DNA from: Leucoraja erinacea | Taxonomy: Eukaryota | Direction of reading: 5' to 3' | NCBI RefSeq assembly: GCF_028641065.1 | Contig: NC_073384.1 | Location: 72,044,001-72,108,000 of the forward strand | DNA: 64,000 nucleotides | In this document: piece after piece, positions 63,430-64,000 of the stretch | Layout of the letters: every line of letters begins with the position of its first letter | Numbering within the stretch: the first letter of the stretch is position 1 | Notes under the pieces: model-generated | Told to the model about the DNA's origin: nothing | Seen by the model: only the letters and a program-made list of their open reading frames with translations | Database searches by the model: none | Made by a program: the position numbers and the translations under genes

Positions 63430-64000
63430 AAATAGTTTGAAAGGAAGACATCTTCAACCTGTCACTTGCCCAAGCAGCTGTCCCCAGTGCCTTAAAACCA
63501 CCTCCATCGTGCCGGTGCCAAAACACTCCACTGCGGTGAGCCTTAATGACTTCCGCCCAGTTACACTTACCCCCATCATCACTAAGTGATTCGAGAGGCT
63601 GGTCCTGGCACACCTCAAAAGCTGCCTACCCCCCACACTGGACCCCCATCAGTTCGCCTACCGCCAGAACAGGAGTACGGAGGATGCCATCTCAACGTCA
63701 CTTCACTCCGCCCTCTCCCACCTCAACAACAGAGCCACCTATGTGAGTATGCTGTTCATCGACTTTAGCTCAGCATTTAACACCATTATCCCCTCCAAAC
63801 TGATCACCAAACTCATTGACCTGGGCATCGACCCCTCCCTCTGCAACTGGATACTGGACTTTCTAACCAACAGACCCCAGTCTGTTAGGTTAGGCAAGCA
63901 CACCTCTTCAACCCTCACCCTGAACACCGGCGTTCCACAGGGCTGTGTGCTGAGCCCCCTCCTCTACTCCCTCTTCACCTACGACTACACACCTGTACAT
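63430..64000 (+). mobile_element. Rex1/Babar LINE reverse-transcriptase region, runs off the window end
   Basis: DFRPVTLTP...[17 protein letters not shown]...[13 protein letters not shown]...[19 protein letters not shown], with a few lesions. Confidence 0.9.

Noticed and set aside
1-64000. Neighbouring ARID1B exons (the ...RKAQEAAAAVMQAAANS exon and the exons leading to the ARID domain)
   Set aside because: Not found by eye on the minus strand; probably outside the window, though a short diverged exon could have been missed. TBLASTN would settle it.

Overview
Repeat-dense vertebrate intronic DNA. The repeat mix (HE1-type V-SINEs, HER1/CR1 LINEs, Rex1, Penelope-derived elements) points to a cartilaginous fish, probably a skate or ray; this is inference. 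I can support only one host exon: 146 nt on the minus strand at 27114-27259, matching ARID1B ([26 protein letters not shown]...). No flanking ARID1B exons were found, so the rest appears to be two long introns. Other mobile DNA includes a near-complete but decayed Tc1 transposon, an internally deleted Gypsy LTR element with an in-frame Gag-integrase fusion, 12 PIF/Harbinger-type MITEs sharing one TIR, a tandem array of Helitron-like units and many nested insertions. The strongest non-coding signal is a dense set (about 20-25 copies, about half a dozen with intact cores) of short Penelope-derived retroelements carrying a minimal hammerhead ribozyme motif (CUGANGA-stem II-GAAAC-GUH). They fall into two sequence families that keep the same fold, often have 11-17 bp target-site duplications, and often form fold-back palindromes that pivot at the ribozyme core. 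Most ORFs in the supplied track are repeat-derived or spurious. Repeat boundaries are approximate unless a TIR or TSD is quoted.
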